Part shown: positions 61,317-64,000 of the stretch, piece after piece
Layout of the letters: every line of letters starts with the position of its first letter
How positions within the stretch are numbered: the first letter of the stretch is position 1
Made by a program: the position numbers and the translations under genes
DNA from: Saccharolobus solfataricus P2
GTDB taxonomy: Archaea > Thermoproteota > Thermoprotei_A > Sulfolobales > Sulfolobaceae
DNA: 64,000 nucleotides
Assembly: GCF_000007005.1 (NCBI RefSeq)
Contig: NC_002754.1
Direction: 5' to 3' (one strand)
The notes under the pieces: generated by a model
The model's database searches: none
The model's input: only the letters and a program-made list of their open reading frames with translations
What the model was told of the DNA's origin: nothing

Positions 61317-62514
61317 GGTTGATTATAAAACTTACTCAGCACTTAAGGAGGTCGAGAAGGAGTACAGAGAGGTTCTAGAGGAGGCAATAAATTATGGGCT
61401 GTCAAACAAAACTACCTCCTTCACCAGGATTAAAGCGGGAGTTTACAAGACTGAGAGGGAGAAGCATAAGGACTTACCCTCCCATTATATTTACACAGCT
61501 TGTGAGGATGCAAGCGAGAGATTAGACAGTTTTGAGAAGTTGAAGAGGAGAGGGAGGAGTTACACTGAGAAACCGTCAGTGAGGAGAGTTACTATTCACC
61601 TCGACGATCATCTGTGGAAGTTCAACCTTGATAGGATTTCAATTTCCACAAAGAGGAGTAGGATTCTCATTTCACCAACCTTCCCTAAGATCTTCTGGAG
61701 ATATTATAACAAGGGCTGGAGGATTGCGAGTGAGGCCAGGTTTAAATTGTTGAAGGGGAATGTTGTAGAGTTCTACGTCATTTTTAAGAGAGATGAGCCT
61801 AAACCTTATGAACCTAAGGGTTTCATCTCAGTTGATCTAAATGAGAATTCAGTCTCTGTATTAGTTGATGGAAAACCGATGCTTTTAGAGACTAACACTA
61901 AGAGGATTACTCTGGGCTATGAGTATAGGAGGAAGGCAATAACTACTGGTAAGTCAACTAAGGATAGGGAAGTGAGGAGGAAGTTAAAGAGGCTGAGGGA
62001 GAGGAATAAGAAAGTAGACATTAGGAGGAAATTAGCTAAGCTGATCGTTAAAGAGGCTTTTGAAAGTAGGAGTGTCATAGTTTTAGAGGACTTGCCAAGG
62101 AGAACTCCGGAGCATATGATAAAGGACGTGAAAGACTCTCAGCTTAGGTTGAGGATTTATAGAGCAGCATTTTCCTCAATGAAGAATGCTATTATTGAGA
62201 AGGCTAGGGAGTTTGGTGTCCCCGTGGTCTTAGTTAATCCGTCTCACACTTCCACTGTTTGCCCAGTTCATGGAACTAAGATCGTTTACCAACTCGATGG
62301 GGGCGATGCCCCAAGGGTTGGTGTTTGTGAGAAGGGGAAGGAAAAGTGGCATAGGGATGTAGTTGCACTGTACAACTTAGCGAGGAGAGCTGGAGATGTG
62401 AGCCCCGTGCCGTTGGGCTCGAAGGAGTCCCATGACCCACCTAAAAGGTGGTTGAGGGCTAAGTCCCTACACTCGATCATGAATGATCATAAAATGATTG
62501 AAATGAAAGTGTAG
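61288..62514 (+). CDS. tnpB: TnpB RNA-guided nuclease
   Basis: RuvC I SVDLN, RuvC II VLEDL, TSTVCPVH zinc motif, RuvC III HRDVVA. Confidence 0.93.
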   Translation: MERTVKLRVKVDYKTYSALKEVEKEYREVLEEAINYGLSNKTTSFTRIKAGVYKTEREKHKDLPSHYIYTACEDASERLDSFEKLKRRGRSYTEKPSVRRVTIHLDDHLWKFNLDRISISTKRSRILISPTFPKIFWRYYNKGWRIASEARFKLLKGNVVEFYVIFKRDEPKPYEPKGFISVDLNENSVSVLVDGKPMLLETNTKRITLGYEYRRKAITTGKSTKDREVRRKLKRLRERNKKVDIRRKLAKLIVKEAFESRSVIVLEDLPRRTPEHMIKDVKDSQLRLRIYRAAFSSMKNAIIEKAREFGVPVVLVNPSHTSTVCPVHGTKIVYQLDGGDAPRVGVCEKGKEKWHRDVVALYNLARRAGDVSPVPLGSKESHDPPKRWLRAKSLHSIMNDHKMIEMKV

Positions 62515-62545
62515 GGACAAACGGGTTATTGTTCGTGTTTAGGAG
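62395..62545 (+). ncRNA. Predicted omega-RNA (TnpB guide scaffold plus flank-derived guide)
   Basis: Stems GAGCCC/GGGCTC (62400-62420), CCACCT/AGGTGG (62437-62451) and GTCCCTACACT/AGTGTAGGGAC (62463-62518) at the right end; boundaries are inferred. Confidence 0.55.
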
Positions 62546-62573
62546 TAATTATTTTAACTTATACTAGAATGAA

Positions 62574-63102
62574 GTGGTTGTGGAGAAGGATCTTTATAGG
62601 GTTGGAGAGGATTACGTGGAGGCTAGGATAATTGAAAGCTTATCTGACCTTCTCCTATCTCTTACTCTATGGAAGGAAGGATATACTAGGAACTCTGCGG
62701 AGAAAGCTTTTAGTGCGGTAAAAGCGTTATTAAGCGCTCTCATAGTAACTAATGAAGAGAAGTTAATTAATTTAGCTAAAGATGGAAAGGAAATGGATTA
62801 AAAAGAAGGCCCACATAGTGCCTACACACGCCATGTACGGTTTAGCACAAGTACTAAAGGATATAGGAATTGACGTTATAAGCCTTGTGAACTATGCTCT
62901 AAATCTTCACGATTATCATTATAATGGTTTTGAACCTGGCTTTAGTAGATATAGTAAAAAAGAGGAAGTATTTAGGGATTTAATTACGTTAGTAAAGGAG
63001 ACTAGGAAAGTGATAGACATTTATTACTCTAAGTACGAAGTTAAGGAAATATTGGGAAAGATTAACGAGCTAATAAAGGAATTAACAGAAGGTAATAAAT
63101 AA
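62574..63102 (+). pseudogene. PaREP1-family protein split by a frameshift near 62783
   Basis: EGYTRNSAEKAFSAVKALL...LAKD | ERKW...HIVPTH...ALNLHDYHYNGF. Confidence 0.75.
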
Positions 63103-63368
63103 GAGAGTTCAGCCTTGAAACAGTTGCTCTGATCGCTTTATTACCCCTCCTAGCCATTAAGGAAATTTAGAAGAACTCATATTTAAATATAAGGGGGCTA
63201 TACATTCCCGCTGGCGAGGCTTTTTGCACCTTAACGCCCAATTTTTGTAATTTTGAATAAATCTCAAATAAATGAAATTATTGACCATACTCTAGATTAA
63301 TATATCTGAATTTTTTTTCCTTTCTAAGTATTAAGAATCTTATACGTTTTATAATATATCTTTTCATT

Positions 63369-64000
63369 TTAAGTTCTATACCATTGTTCTAGCTTTTTGA
63401 GATCTATAAACTCAGCCTCTTCATTAGTTTTTGAAAAGCTTTTTGCAAATATTATGTATTTTTTAACGTCTAGTCCTAAATCTTCAACTTTTCTTTTTAA
63501 TTCGTAAAGTACTTTCTCCCCATTTATTCCTTCACTCCACTTACATTCACCAGCTATTCCATCTCCATATATATCTATTTCCACATCCTTAAACCAGAGC
63601 CTTTCTACCTTAACCTTATATACGTCCTCCACGTACTCTCTAGCTATTTTCTCAAAAATTCTCCCTAAGTATACGTTATACTCGTCCTCTTTTATCTCAT
63701 AAATTCCTTCCTCTATTAAGCTTAAGTTTGGATAAATGAATGTGAACCAGAACAGTGTAAAATTATCCTTAATATAATACCTAGCACCCTTCTTCATCTT
63801 ATAGGGGAACTCCTTTCCTATTATTCCTATTTTCTCAAGTTTATTTAAATATGAAGAAACGTCTCCACTTATTCTAACAAAGTCCTTTATTTCCCCTAAC
63901 GTATTTTTGCCAGAAGAAATTGCGTGCAATATTTCCTTATACGTACCAATCTCAGAAAACTCGTATCTTAACATAAAGTCTATCTCATCTTTTATAAAAG
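63369..64000 (-). CDS. Archaeal ATPase with DUF234/PD-(D/E)xK C-terminus (partial, continues beyond the window)
   Basis: YYIKDNFTLFWF, YLGRIFEK, EIDI...GECKWS; the frame is open at 64000. Confidence 0.85.
   Translation of the reverse strand, partial: FIKDEIDFMLRYEFSEIGTYKEILHAISSGKNTLGEIKDFVRISGDVSSYLNKLEKIGIIGKEFPYKMKKGARYYIKDNFTLFWFTFIYPNLSLIEEGIYEIKEDEYNVYLGRIFEKIAREYVEDVYKVKVERLWFKDVEIDIYGDGIAGECKWSEGINGEKVLYELKRKVEDLGLDVKKYIIFAKSFSKTNEEAEFIDLKKLEQWYRT

Larger units (their letters stand above)
60612..62524 (+). mobile_element. IS607-family element (ISC1913-like), full length
   Basis: 1913 bp from GG to GG, no TIR or TSD, carrying tnpA and tnpB. Confidence 0.9.

Overview
AT-rich, IS-rich accessory region of a Sulfolobales chromosome, almost certainly Saccharolobus (Sulfolobus) solfataricus or a close relative. 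The assignment rests on a Sso7d gene, gdhA, the TFS4-type RNA polymerase inhibitor, thermopsin and ISC-type insertion sequences. The window holds about 55 host genes covering membrane homeostasis (htpX, uppP, KaiC-like ATPase), stress/redox, transport (ECF, MFS, APC, NCS1), doxDA and two helicases. Full-length IS copies are two 1228-bp IS5-type elements, ISC1058, ISC1078, ISC1439 and an ISC1913-like IS607 tnpA-tnpB element. There are also a partial ISC1200-like element, several internally deleted derivatives and many IS-broken genes, including a rusticyanin homologue, HEPN and PIN toxins, an acyl-CoA synthetase and a TPP enzyme. No rRNA, tRNA or CRISPR array was seen. Best leads: an orphan omega-RNA-like IS607 right end at 17.2 kb; an Lrp regulator with three DUF1059 metal-binding domains; a decaying cupredoxin/DUF929/VKOR locus; two paralogous ECF S-components with near-identical promoters; and a dispersed ~155-bp non-coding repeat. 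All family names come from motif recognition, not from database searches.
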